Part shown: piece by piece, positions 20,858-31,206 of the stretch
How positions within the stretch are numbered: position 1 is the first letter of the stretch
How the letters are laid out: every line of letters begins with the position of its first letter
Assembly (NCBI GenBank): GCA_963771175.1
Contig: CAVYSY010000026.1
Span: forward strand, 384,001-448,000
Reading direction: 5' to 3'
Source of the DNA: an uncultured delta proteobacterium
GTDB taxonomy: Bacteria; Myxococcota; Myxococcia; Myxococcales; Myxococcaceae
DNA length: 64,000 bases
Notes under the pieces: model-generated
The model's input: only the letters and a program-made list of their open reading frames with translations
What the model was told of the DNA's origin: nothing
Databases searched by the model: none
Program-made: the position numbers and the translations under genes

Positions 20858-22642
20858 CTACTCGCCGGCTGGCTTGAAGAGGAACGGGTACGTCACGACG
20901 ACGCTCCCTCCCCCCTTGGGCCTGGGGAACACCCACCCGCGCACGCGGCCGGCCACGCATCGCTCCAGCTCCGTGTTGTCCGTGGTGGCCTGCGCCACCT
21001 CCGAGGAGGCCACCACGCCCTCCGCCGAGAATGACGAAGCGGATGGCCACCTTGCCGGACAGCGAGGGGTGGCGGTTGAGTTGGCTCTCGTAGCAGTAGC
21101 GGACCTGCGAGCGGTTGAGCTGGATGACCTTGCGGATGAGCTCCCGGTCCAGGGGGTTGGAGATTTGCACCTCCTCGGTGGCGATGCTCACGCTCGCACT
21201 CTGCTTCCGGCCGAGCTTCTCCGACCCGTTGCCGTAGTCCGCCTCCCCACTGGAGCGCCCCCGGATTCCTCCGTTCCCGATGAGTCCGACGGTCTCGCCA
21301 GCTGGGTTCCCCGAGGGCCCACCGCGTAGCCCCAGCAGGCCAAGGCTCCCGTTGGCGCTGGTCCGGGTGCCGCCGACTTTGCCCAGGGCGCCCGCGAGTT
21401 TGCTGCCCGGCCCCTGGAAGAGGTTGGCGGTACTCCCGCCACTGAAGAGACCCGCACGAGCTCTCGGGCCCCCGATGCGCCGCCCCGCTGGCTCTTCGAG
21501 GGAAGGCGCGGCTCTGGTCTGGGCGCCACGGCCCTATCCGTCACGAGGTTGTCCCTCGGGCGAGGCCTGGAGGAATCCCGCTCGATCTCCTGCTCCAGCC
21601 GTCGCGCGTCGAGTTGCTGGAGCAGTCGGTTCTGCTTCACCTCGGGCGGTTTGACGATGAGCCTGGCGATGCGGGACGTGTTGCTGGAGAGCTCGTCCGC
21701 ATAGGAGACCTCGTCAGCGCCCTGGTTGACGGCGCTGATGACGAAGAAGGCCGCGAGGAAGAACGTCACCAGGAAGATGTTGACGACGGTGAAGTCCAGC
21801 GAGTCCCCCAGGGGCGCCGCCGCGCGACGGGGCACCGGCTGGAAGCACACCTCCAGCGTGACGCCGCCGAGGTCCACCCAGAGGAAGTCCTCCGTCTCCA
21901 ACGAGAGGGCATAGGCCTCGCCCTCATGCGAGGCGAGACCGGACTCGATGACGGCCTGGAGGTCGAGCGTCTCCCCCTTCCGGGTGAGCCCGCCCTTCAT
22001 CCGGCTGGTGAAGCCGGCGGTGAAGCCCTGCCCATCGGTGCGCAGCACTTCGAAGCGCGAGGCTCCCAGCCGGGCATCCCCCATGACGAAGTCCACGCCC
22101 TCGGCGGTGCCCACGCTGAAGCCCTTCCGGGCACCCGGCGCTACGAAGAACTCGCCCACGTTTTGCTCGCCCCACAGGAAGCGAAGACTCACTCCGAGCG
22201 GCCCACGCGCCTTGTGCGAAGGCACCCGGCGCACGCGCGGCATCATCTCCACGGGAGCAACCATGGGGACCGGAGCGGCCTGGGCCTGTGGTGCGCTTGA
22301 TGGAACCTCGGAGCTGGCGGCCGGTGTCGGCGCGGCCACCTCCGTGGGGCGCTCCAGGCGGAGTGTGGTGCCGCCCACCAGCACCTCATCCCCGAAGGTG
22401 AGGCGACCTTTGCTCACCCGCTTGCCGTTGACGTGGGTGCCCCCGATGCTGCCCATGTCTGTGATGGACAGGCTTCCATCGGCGCCCACCTCGATGACGG
22501 AGTGGATGCGACTGACCTTCTCGTCCTCCAGGCACAGGTGCGAGGAGGCGAGGCGGCCGATCTTGATGATGTCGCGCTCGAAATCACGAGACGTCACGAG
22601 CACGTCCCCCTTGAAGACTTTGAGTCTGACAGGAATGGCCAT
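20858..22642 (-). CDS. GltG/AgmX-PglI-like FHA + TM + TonB C-terminal domain protein; frameshifts near 21452 and 21030
   Basis: IIKIGRLASSHLCLEDEKVSRIHSVIE (FHA), TM helix, LDRELIRKVI..VRYCYE..GKVAIRFVI..FPRPKGGGSVVVTYPFLF. Confidence 0.85.
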
Positions 22643-22733
22643 GGTGGCTCCGATGGGTGGGCGAAGCACCAGACATCGCGCGCGATAACAGGTTCCCGGA
22701 ACACGACGGGAGCGCTGTGGCACAGTCACCCAT

Positions 22734-23195
22734 GTGAACCGCTCCGCGCTCCTCCCGCTGCTGCTCTTGTCGTGTGCCGTGGCCTGCTCGCGTCGCATGG
22801 AGTCCCCGGCGCTCGGGCTCCAGTACGAGCCCCCTCCGGGCATGGCCCTGCGCGCCGAGGAGTCTGGCCCACCCGCCGTGGCGCGCTTCGAGGGAGGCCT
22901 GGAGTTGCGCTCGGTGGAGGGAAAGCCGCCCGCGCTCGACGCGGCGCCGGAGCAGGTGCTGGGTGCCGCGGGAATCCCAGTGCCGGGCAGACCATTGAAC
23001 GCCACCCAGGGAACGCTCACCGCGGGTCCGGTGGCGCGCTACGAGTTCCAGCAGGGCACGTCGCGGACCCTCGTGTACTTCCTCCCCCGCCCCGAGCGCT
23101 TCGTGCTCGTCCTCTACTCCGCACCCGAGCGGGACTACGGACCCGGCTCGGCGCGGGTGGAGCGCTCGCTCTCCACGTTGAAGCCGACGCGCTGA
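22734..23195 (+). CDS. Hypothetical lipoprotein
   Basis: Signal LLPLLLLSCAVAC; typical high-GC codon usage. Confidence 0.65.
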   Translation: MNRSALLPLLLLSCAVACSRRMESPALGLQYEPPPGMALRAEESGPPAVARFEGGLELRSVEGKPPALDAAPEQVLGAAGIPVPGRPLNATQGTLTAGPVARYEFQQGTSRTLVYFLPRPERFVLVLYSAPERDYGPGSARVERSLSTLKPTR

Positions 23196-23201
23196 GTCGG
23201 G

Positions 23202-24386
23202 TCACGGGCAGGGCCGCGCGTAGCGCACGGAGTTGCCCGCGCCGAAGAGCTCGTACCGGTAGCCGACGAACACCGTCCCGGCTGCATCCAGCCCGAGGAC
23301 GCTCTCCTCGAGGTTCGTTGCCCCGGCCTGCCCCTCGATGCTGAGGATGGGGGTATAGCGCCAGGTGCCGCCACCCGCGGGCAGGGTCGCGTAGACGATT
23401 TTCGGATTCTGGGACCGGTCCAACAGCGCGTGGAGATTGCCGACCGCGTCCACCTTCAGATCGATCGCGTTGCCGACGGAGGCGCCCACGCCATTGATCG
23501 CCCAGGTGCCGTTCTGCTTCACCGCGTGATGGGCGTACCAGCGGACATAGGCATAGAGCAGGTGAGGACGGCCCGAGAGGTCGATCGCGAGCACGGGCGC
23601 ATTGCCGTCGATGTCCTCGACGCGTTCACTCACCCAGGAGCCCGAGGCGTTGGTGGCGTAGAAGATGCCGGAGCTGAATTCCGCACGCCAGGCGATGTGG
23701 GCATTGCCCTGGGCATCGACCGCGAGGTCCGCTCTGGCATCGAGGTCATGGCGCACATCGATGGCAAGATCCTCGACAGCCCACTGCCCGGAGCGGTTGG
23801 TCGCATAGCCGAGGTGGTGCCCGCTGTCCGTGCTCTGGGTGAGAAGGATGTGGGCGAATCCCCACTTGTCGACCTTCAGCGCCACCGGGTCGCGGTCCCA
23901 GGCCGCCAGGGTGCTCTGCCACGCGCCCGACTGGTCATGGCCGTAATGGGTGTGGCCATTGAAAGAGAAGAGCAGGTGTCGCGCGCCCTCCGCGTCGAGG
24001 GTGAGTCCCCTCACATATCCCTGCAGCTCACCCGCGGGAACCAGAGCATCCCCCGGCCACGTGCTGCCCACGTAGATCCGGTTGTCGCTCTTGGAGACGG
24101 CGAGGTGCCCCACTCCCTGGGAGTCGAAGGCGAAGGCCGAGCGCGTGACATTCGCCGCCAGCTCGCGTGACTGCCAGCAACCCGCATCCGGGAGCTGGCC
24201 CGCCTCCGGCTCCTCGTTCGGAGGCAGGCCCGCATCATCCTCGACCTCATCCGGGGGCCGGCCCCCATCCTGGCCGTTGCCCGCGTGGTTCGCGAGGATG
24301 ATGTCGAGCCGGATGGGGTCGCAGGCGCCCAGCAGGAGACTGATGAGGGCGGCGGCGAAAGGAAGGAGCAGATAGCTGAGTTTCAC
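23202..24386 (-). CDS. Lipoprotein with beta-propeller-like repeats
   Basis: LLGAC lipobox; repeats of type LAVDAQGNAHI..YATNASGSW. Confidence 0.75.
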   Translation of the reverse strand: MKLSYLLLPFAAALISLLLGACDPIRLDIILANHAGNGQDGGRPPDEVEDDAGLPPNEEPEAGQLPDAGCWQSRELAANVTRSAFAFDSQGVGHLAVSKSDNRIYVGSTWPGDALVPAGELQGYVRGLTLDAEGARHLLFSFNGHTHYGHDQSGAWQSTLAAWDRDPVALKVDKWGFAHILLTQSTDSGHHLGYATNRSGQWAVEDLAIDVRHDLDARADLAVDAQGNAHIAWRAEFSSGIFYATNASGSWVSERVEDIDGNAPVLAIDLSGRPHLLYAYVRWYAHHAVKQNGTWAINGVGASVGNAIDLKVDAVGNLHALLDRSQNPKIVYATLPAGGGTWRYTPILSIEGQAGATNLEESVLGLDAAGTVFVGYRYELFGAGNSVRYARPCP

Positions 24387-24471
24387 GAAGACAGTCCTCG
24401 TTGCGATGTGCTGCCAGGAATACGGAGCGAGGAGTCCGACTGGTCGTCCGCCATCCCATTTTTCGTGGGGC

Positions 24472-26197
24472 TCAGCGCCCGAGCGACAACGCCATGCCCC
24501 ACATCGGCTCCCACACCTCCCCGCCATCCGAGGTGACGAGGTCCGTCCCGAGGAAGGCCGACGCGCGGATCCGGAAGTCCTTCACGCGCGCCACCACGCC
24601 ACCGGACAGTTGGGCGGAGAGCACGGTGGGGTCCCCCTGCGTCCCGCCCGGGAACTTCACGCCCAGCAGGCCCCAGCCCGCGGCGGCCTCGACGAACGGG
24701 CTCACGGGACGGGCGCCCTGGAGGCCCACGAGCCCCTGCACCGTGACCCGGTGGAGATACACCTCGGAGACAGGCAGGGGCGTGAAGGCATACGAGGCGC
24801 GCGCGCCGAACGAGAGGAGTCCCGGCGTGCGCCAGGCCACGCTCGGCCCGGTGACGAGTCGGCCGAGCCCCAGCGGAGCCCGCGAGGCCATGACGCCCAC
24901 CTCCCACGCGGAGCCCTGCCTGGGCTTGGGCGCGGACAAGACGAAGGGCGGCACGAGCACCCCGCCTCCACCGGCCGGCGTGAAGTCCACCGGAACGAAG
25001 GGAGAGGTGGCCACGTACCGCTCATAGAAGCCCCGGTCGAAGACCACCGAGAAGAGCCCGCGCCGCAGCGAGTCCTCCACCGGACCACGCTCCTGCAGCT
25101 CGCGAGGCCTCAAGCGGAGCCGGGGCACGCCTCCGCCGAGCCGCGCGAGCGCGATGCGGACTTCGGCGGTCGGCGTGCGCACCCAGTAGGCGTCGCGGGC
25201 GGGCAGGCGCAGCGCGAGCGACTGTCCCTCGGCGCGCCGCACGTCCGCCAGCCGCCGGCCGTCCTCGTCCTCCACCGAGATGCGCGCGTGCTCGAAGTCC
25301 GCCGGGAGCACGAGGCTCGGGCCCTCGGGAGAGGGGCCCACCAGGGCGCGCCGCGGCTCTCTCGCCGGGGCATGGGCGCGCACGGAGAGCCGGGCGGGCA
25401 GCGCCTTCACGCCCTCCAGCGAGGCGGCGACGAAGGCGGCCAGCTCGCTGTACTCCACCGCCCCATCCCCGTTGACGTCCGCGCCCCCATCAACCCCGAG
25501 CGCACCACGTGGCTGAAGACGCCCGCGCGCAGGCGGGACCACTCGTGCGTCTCGCCGCTGTCGCTCTCGGCGAAGGTGGCGCCCACGTGGGGCCTCGCGG
25601 CGAGCTGCTCGCGCTCCAGTGCCCGCGCAATTGTGCCAGCACCGCCGCGTCCGCCTCACCCCGGCTCCCCACCACACCCGAGGCCCGGCAGGCATCCACG
25701 ATGACGTGGACGAAGTCCGCCCCGAGCGGGTCCACCAGCCGCTCGTAGAAGCTCGTCCGGTCCAGCCGGCCCCCCAGCACGGTGAAGTAGGAGCGGCCCG
25801 CCTCGTCGGTGTTGCCGTGGCCCACGTAGACGAGCAGCACGTCCGTCTGCCGCCCCGCCGCGTGGTCCGCCTGGATGGCCTCGCGCAGGTCCGCCACCAC
25901 CCGGGACACCTCCTCGAGCGAGGGGGGCCGAACGCCCACCGAGAGCACCGCGGCGCCCGTCTGGCGCGTCTCCGCGTCAGGGTCCACCAGCAGCGTGGTC
26001 TCCACGCCCAGCCGCCGCAGCGTCTCCGTCCACATCACTCCATCGTCGTCCGCGTAGCGCAGCGGAGGCAGGGCCGGGTCATCACTGGCGTTGTGGGCGA
26101 TGACGAGCGCGCGGCGCACCGGGGGGGCCGCGGAGACCAGGGTGGAAGCAAGCAGCACGGCGACCGCGAGCACCACTCCCGGATGGCGAAGACTCAT
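24472..26197 (-). CDS. Exported caspase-family (C14) peptidase with C-terminal beta-barrel-like region; frameshifts near 25620 and 25500
   Basis: Signal peptide, RRALVIAHN..LRYADDD, YVGHG (His), IVDACRASG (Cys), GADVNGDGAVEYSEL. Confidence 0.85.
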
Positions 26198-26946
26198 GGA
26201 GACTCCTCTACCCGAACGGGCACGCGGAGCACCACCGCCCCCGGAGTGCCATCCCCCCGCAGGGCGCCCAGCGCGGCCCCGGGCGAGTCCGCGAACGCGG
26301 CGATGACCTCCGCCTGGCCCGAGGGCATGCGGAGGAGCACGGTCGTCTCCAGCGGCTGCTCCGCCCCGGGGCGTCCGGAGATGACGAAGGGCCCCTCGGT
26401 GGTCTGGAGCCCTTCGCCGCGCACCGCCACCGCGACCTGGAGGAGCGGCGCCTCGGCTCCCACGGCGAAGGCCAGCATCGCGCCCGAGGGACACGACGCC
26501 TCGACCTGCTTCAACTCGCGAAGGGGCTGCTGCCGCACGGCGCAGAACACGCGCAGCACCGCTCGGGAGGGACGTCCCACGCCCCGGGACTGCCACTCCC
26601 CGACGTCCCCGGGCCGGACGAGCACCAGGGCCGCGAAGCACAAGGCCGCCAGCATTCCGCCCGCCACGGCCAGCGAGGGCCAGCGCCAGCGCTCCGTCTC
26701 CGGGGCCGCCGCCGACAGTGCCGCCTCCAGCCCCACCTCCGCCAGCATCCCCTCTTCCGTCCGGGTGGGCGTGTGAAGGTCGCCGCGCTCCAGCATCCGG
26801 TGGGCCTGGACCAGCCGCTCGTACTGACCGCCGCACCGCTCGCAGGCGCGGGCATGCCGCAGCAGCCGGGCGGACTGGCTCGGGGACAGCGAGCCCTCGG
26901 CCCAGCGCGCCAGCAGGCCGTCCACATGACCGTCGAACCACCTCAT
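26194..26946 (-). CDS. Zinc-finger (zf-HC2) anti-sigma factor, single TM
   Basis: HARACERC, TM helix; stop overlaps the caspase start (ATGA). Confidence 0.82.
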   Translation of the reverse strand: MRWFDGHVDGLLARWAEGSLSPSQSARLLRHARACERCGGQYERLVQAHRMLERGDLHTPTRTEEGMLAEVGLEAALSAAAPETERWRWPSLAVAGGMLAALCFAALVLVRPGDVGEWQSRGVGRPSRAVLRVFCAVRQQPLRELKQVEASCPSGAMLAFAVGAEAPLLQVAVAVRGEGLQTTEGPFVISGRPGAEQPLETTVLLRMPSGQAEVIAAFADSPGAALGALRGDGTPGAVVLRVPVRVEESP

Positions 26947-27757
26947 ATGCCGCTCCCCATTCCGCACAAGGCGATGAAGACCAGGACGAGCCCGTCCGTG
27001 GCATGTCGGGGTACGGAGGGGCCTCCTCCAGCCACCCCCGGGCCCGCAGGTGCTCGGTGAACTGCGTCCGCAATCGCCGCTCGCGAACCCGCACCTCGCC
27101 ACGGGTGAGCAGGAGCTGCTCGGCGGCGACCTCCTGCGAGAGCCCCTCCATGAAGCGCAACCGCGCGAGCGCCCGCGCCTCCTCGGGCAACCCGTCGAGG
27201 AACTGGCGCACCAGGACGCGCACCTCGGTCTCCAGCGCCTGCTCCTCGGGGCCGCGGTCCTCCGAGGGCGCATGGGTCAGCTCGGGAGCATCGTCCAGCG
27301 GCACGGCCTCGCGGGCGACGCGGCCCGAGGCACGCAACAGGTCGAAGGCCGTGGAGCGCGCGATGGTCAGCAGGAAGCCGAGGTAGGGCCGCACCCCGTC
27401 GTAGGCCTGGCGCATGGCGGGCCGGAAGGCACGGACGAACGTCTCCTGGTGCGCCGCCTCGAGGTCCAACGCCCCCAGCGAGACGCTGCCCACGCCCGAG
27501 GCGGAGCGCACCGGGAAGCGCTTCGCCAGGTAGCGGACCACCTCCGGCGAGTACGCACGGTACACGCGCGTGAGCGTGGCGCGATCTCCCTCACGGAAAG
27601 CCAGCAGTACGGCCCGGTCGCTTCCTGGCAGCAGCACGAGTCTCCCATCCACCCCGGGTGGCCGGCTCCTGGGTCCGGCGCGTTCCTCCCGGCTTTTCTC
27701 CACATACGGAGCGAGCCCGCCGGGCTGGTCGTTCAGGGCGTCGAAATCGTCCTCCAC
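26943..27757 (-). CDS. ECF sigma-70 factor; frameshift near 27000
   Basis: AFREGDRATL..HQETFVRAF..YLGFLLTIAR..LRFMEGLSQEVAAEQL; shifted frame ends GLVLVFIALCGMGSGI* overlapping the anti-sigma ATG; start uncertain. Confidence 0.85.
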
Positions 27758-27948
27758 TCGCTATCCCTCTGAAAGGACTCAGCTTGCCGAAGCTCGGCGC
27801 CACACATATGTGAGGCAGTTGACACCGTACCGACCTTCGGGCGCTTGTCCGCCACCTCGTTCTCCTCATTCGAAAGTGCGGCGCCAGAGACGGGCTCGGA
27901 CGCACCCCGACTTGATGCGGCCGCCAAAACCATGTAGCCGGGCGGCCG

Positions 27949-29200
27949 ATGTCCGCACTCGCCCCTTCCACTCCTGAGCACCCCGCGGAGCCTCCGCCCA
28001 CGGTCTCCTTCGACAACACGGCCATTGCCTTCGCCACCAGGAGCGATGCGCAGATGCGCAAGGCGCACCTGCTCTTCGCCTCGTTGAGCCATCCCTGGTT
28101 GGTGCGCTTCGGCATTCCCCTGTCCGCCTGGCTGGTGCGGATCGGCATGCCGGGAGTCCGGCTGGCCGTCCGGCACACCGTCTTCGAGCAGTTCTGTGGA
28201 GGTGAGAGCATCGAGGAGTGCGACGCGGCCGTCGAGGCGCTCGGACGTCATGGAGTGCAGTCCATCCTCGACTACAGCGTGGAGGGCGAGAAGTCCGAGG
28301 ACAGCTTCGAGGCCACCGCGCGTGAGACGCTCGCCACCATCGAGTGGGCGGCGAGCCACCCGCACATCCCGTTCAGCGTCTTCAAGGTGACGGGCCTGGC
28401 GCGCTTCGGTCTGCTGGAGAAGCTCGACGCGGGCGAGTCTCTCGAGCGCCGACGAGCAGGCCGAGTGGGACCGGGTGCGCGAGCGCGTGCTGCGCATCTG
28501 CCAGCGCGCCCACGAGCGGGGCGTGCGGATCTTCCTCGACGGCGAGGAGACGTGGATCCAGGACGTCATCGACGGGCTCGGCGAGGAGATGATGGCCCGC
28601 TTCAACCAGGAGCGGCCGCTCGTCTACAACACCTACCAGATGTACCGGACGGCGAGCCTGGGCAACCTGCGCTCGGCGCTGGAGCGGGCGAACGCCGAGG
28701 GGTACTTCCTCGGGGCCAAGCTGGTGCGCGGCGCGTACATGGAGAAGGAGCGGCTGCGGGCGAAGGAGCGCGGCTATGCGGATCCCATCCAGCCGGACAA
28801 GGCCACCACCGACGCCGACTACGATCGCGCCCTGCTCTTCTGCCTGGACCACCTCGACCGGATGGCGCTCTGCGCGGGCACGCACAACGAGGCGAGCTGC
28901 CGGTTGCTGCTCCGAGAGATGGCGCGGCGCGGCATCGCCCCGAACGACCCGCGCGTCTTCTTCAGCCAGCTCTACGGGATGAGCGACAACATCTCGTTCA
29001 ACCTGGCGAAGGCCGGCTACAACGTCGCCAAGTACCTGCCCTATGGCCCGGTGCGCGCCGTGCTGCCGTACCTCATCCGCCGCGCGCAGGAGAACAGCGC
29101 CATCGCCGGGCAGGGCGGGCGCGAGGTCCGGTTCATCCGCGACGAGCTGCGGCGGCGCAAGCAGACCCGGGCGCTCGGCACCGGCCAGTCGCCGAGCTGA
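27949..29200 (+). CDS. Monofunctional proline dehydrogenase; frameshift near 28450
   Basis: QFCGGE, ILDYSVEG, KLVRGAYMEKE, GTHNE, QLYGMSD, YLIRRAQEN. Confidence 0.92.
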
Positions 29201-29221
29201 GCCCCGGGCGAGGCGCGTCCC

Positions 29222-29992
29222 TCACGGACGAGGGAGGACCTCGCGCAGGAACTGCTGCGTCTCCAGGAGCACGGTGTCGTCGACTCCGTGCCCGAGCGTC
29301 GGCAGCACCCGCACACGGACGCGAGCGCCACGGGCCTCGAGTCCATGCGCGGCCTCGTCGACGAGCCCGACGGGCATGAGGGTGTCACGAGCACCGTGAA
29401 CCAGGAGCACCGGCGCGGAGGTCATGCCCGGGGTCGGCGGCGCGTCTTCGGCGAGGCGCCCGGACAGCGCCACGATGGCCATCGGCGCCGGTTGGCGGTG
29501 GAGCACGAGCCAGTTGGCCAGGATGGCGCCCTGTGAGAAGCCGACCACGACCAGCCGATCGCGCCCCAGGCCGCGTGCCGCGAGGGCGCCGTCAATCCAC
29601 GACGAGACCTCGGCTCCGGCCTGCCGCACGCGCGCGGGGCGGTTCTGCTCGGTGACCCCACGAATACTGAACCACTGCCGTCCCGTGGGCGCGCCATCGA
29701 ATGGGTGCAGGCCGTCTGGGACGACGAACTCCGCGTGAGGCAAGGCGGGGGCGAGTGCGCGAGCGACGGGCAGGAACGAATCCGCGCTCGCCCCCACGCC
29801 GTGCAGGAACACCACCAGGTACTCGGCCCGGCCCGCTGCCGGTTCGAGCGTGAGCACGCGCGGAGGCGCGAGGGTCGTCGGAACATCAGGCATCGGTGTC
29901 TTCTCCGTGGCGGAAGGGTTGGAGCGGCTACAGCCCGCCGCGAACGCGACGAGCACCGCGAGCGACAGGGCCATCCGGCGGTACGAGCCCAT
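29222..29992 (-). CDS. Phospholipase/carboxylesterase alpha/beta hydrolase (YpfH-like)
   Basis: FLHGVG, GFSQG, VHGARD, LGHGV; possible lipoprotein signal. Confidence 0.88.
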   Translation of the reverse strand: MGSYRRMALSLAVLVAFAAGCSRSNPSATEKTPMPDVPTTLAPPRVLTLEPAAGRAEYLVVFLHGVGASADSFLPVARALAPALPHAEFVVPDGLHPFDGAPTGRQWFSIRGVTEQNRPARVRQAGAEVSSWIDGALAARGLGRDRLVVVGFSQGAILANWLVLHRQPAPMAIVALSGRLAEDAPPTPGMTSAPVLLVHGARDTLMPVGLVDEAAHGLEARGARVRVRVLPTLGHGVDDTVLLETQQFLREVLPRP

Positions 29993-30183
29993 CAGCCCTT
30001 GGTCGAGGCTTTGGTCTCGCCCCCGACCCCCCAGTTCTCCGCCGGCAGTTCCCTCAGGAGCACACGGATGCTGGCGCGCGGCACGCCGAGCACCCGCTCG
30101 GCCGCATCGGTCAGCTCGCGAATGAGCTCCGCCTTCCGCTCCGGGGGTCGCCCCTCGATGAGGGTGACGTCGATGATGGGCAT
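29992..30183 (-). CDS. 4-oxalocrotonate tautomerase family protein
   Basis: (M)PIIDVTLIEGR..NWGVGG, 63 aa, N-terminal Pro. Confidence 0.92.
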   Translation of the reverse strand: MPIIDVTLIEGRPPERKAELIRELTDAAERVLGVPRASIRVLLRELPAENWGVGGETKASTKG

Positions 30184-30239
30184 GAGAGTGCTCCCAGAAC
30201 TCGGGTTCCCAGGCTCTATAATGAGCGTTGCCGTGGCGG

Positions 30240-30287
30240 CACTAGAGGCCCAAGCCACAAAAGACCATTCCACCGGTGGAACAATGG
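30240..30287. promoter_or_regulatory. Putative LysR-binding operator in the divergent promoter
   Basis: Perfect palindrome ttccaccggtggaa at 30268-30281 abutting the LysR ATG; similar motif at 32167-32213. Confidence 0.55.
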
Positions 30288-31177
30288 ATTTGAACCTCCT
30301 CGGCCTCTTCGTGGCCGTCGCGGAGACCGGCAGCTTCTCGGAGGCGGCCCGGAAGCTCGGGCTGCCCAAGTCGTCCGTGAGCAGGGGCGTGGCGAGCCTC
30401 GAAGCCTCGGTGGGTGCGCAGTTGCTCCACCGCACCACGCGTCACGTCTCGCTGAGCACCGCCGGTGCCGCGCTGTACGAGCGAGCGGCGCCGCTGCTCG
30501 CCTCGCTGAAGGAAGCGGTCGGGACCCTGCCCGAGCGGGAGGAGGCGCCTTCGGGCGAGCTCCGGCTCACCGCGCCGCATGACATGGGGGTCACCTTCCT
30601 GCCCGAGGTCGTCGCGCGCTTCACCGCGCGCTATCCCTCGGTGCGAGTCGACTGCCGCCTCACGAACCGGAACGTGGACCTGGTGGCGGAGGGGTACGAT
30701 CTCGCGCTCCGCGCCTCGGGAGCGAAGCTGGCGGATTCGTCGCTGATGGCCCGGCGACTCGGGGCCATCGACGTGCAGCTCTTCGCTTCGCCCACGTACC
30801 TCGCACGCCGAGGGACGCCCCGCACGCCCGAGGATCTGGCCCAACACGACTTCCTCGCGTTCCGGGGGCTCAAGTACCTCAGCGAGCTGGGCCTCTCGGA
30901 GAAGAACGCGCGCGTGCTCGCCGACGACATGCTCTTCTTGCGCGAGGTGGCGAAGGCGGGCTCGGGGCTCGCGGTCCTCCCCACGTTCCTCGCGCAGGCG
31001 GACGTGACGTCCGGGCAGCTCGTCCGCGTGCTGCCGCGCTACACGCAACCGTCCACGACGCTCGTGATGCTGTACCCGCGGACCCAGCACGTCCCGAGGA
31101 AGGTGTCGGCCTTCCGTGACTTCCTGCTCGAGTTCCTCAAGGGACGACCGCTCTCGGCCCCCACCAACGGGGGCTGA
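30284..31177 (+). CDS. LysR family transcriptional regulator (CrgA-like)
   Basis: GSFSEAARKLG..SVSRGV..LLHRTTRHVSLS; VDLVAEGYDLALR. Confidence 0.95.
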   Translation: MDLNLLGLFVAVAETGSFSEAARKLGLPKSSVSRGVASLEASVGAQLLHRTTRHVSLSTAGAALYERAAPLLASLKEAVGTLPEREEAPSGELRLTAPHDMGVTFLPEVVARFTARYPSVRVDCRLTNRNVDLVAEGYDLALRASGAKLADSSLMARRLGAIDVQLFASPTYLARRGTPRTPEDLAQHDFLAFRGLKYLSELGLSEKNARVLADDMLFLREVAKAGSGLAVLPTFLAQADVTSGQLVRVLPRYTQPSTTLVMLYPRTQHVPRKVSAFRDFLLEFLKGRPLSAPTNGG

Positions 31178-31206
31178 GCCGGGACGATTCCCCTTCGGCC
31201 CCGGCC

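Noticed and set aside
25490..27757. 755-aa sigma-caspase fusion ORF
   Set aside because: Artefact of a frameshift near 27000; the middle is an off-frame read of the anti-sigma gene and the caspase has its own signal peptide.
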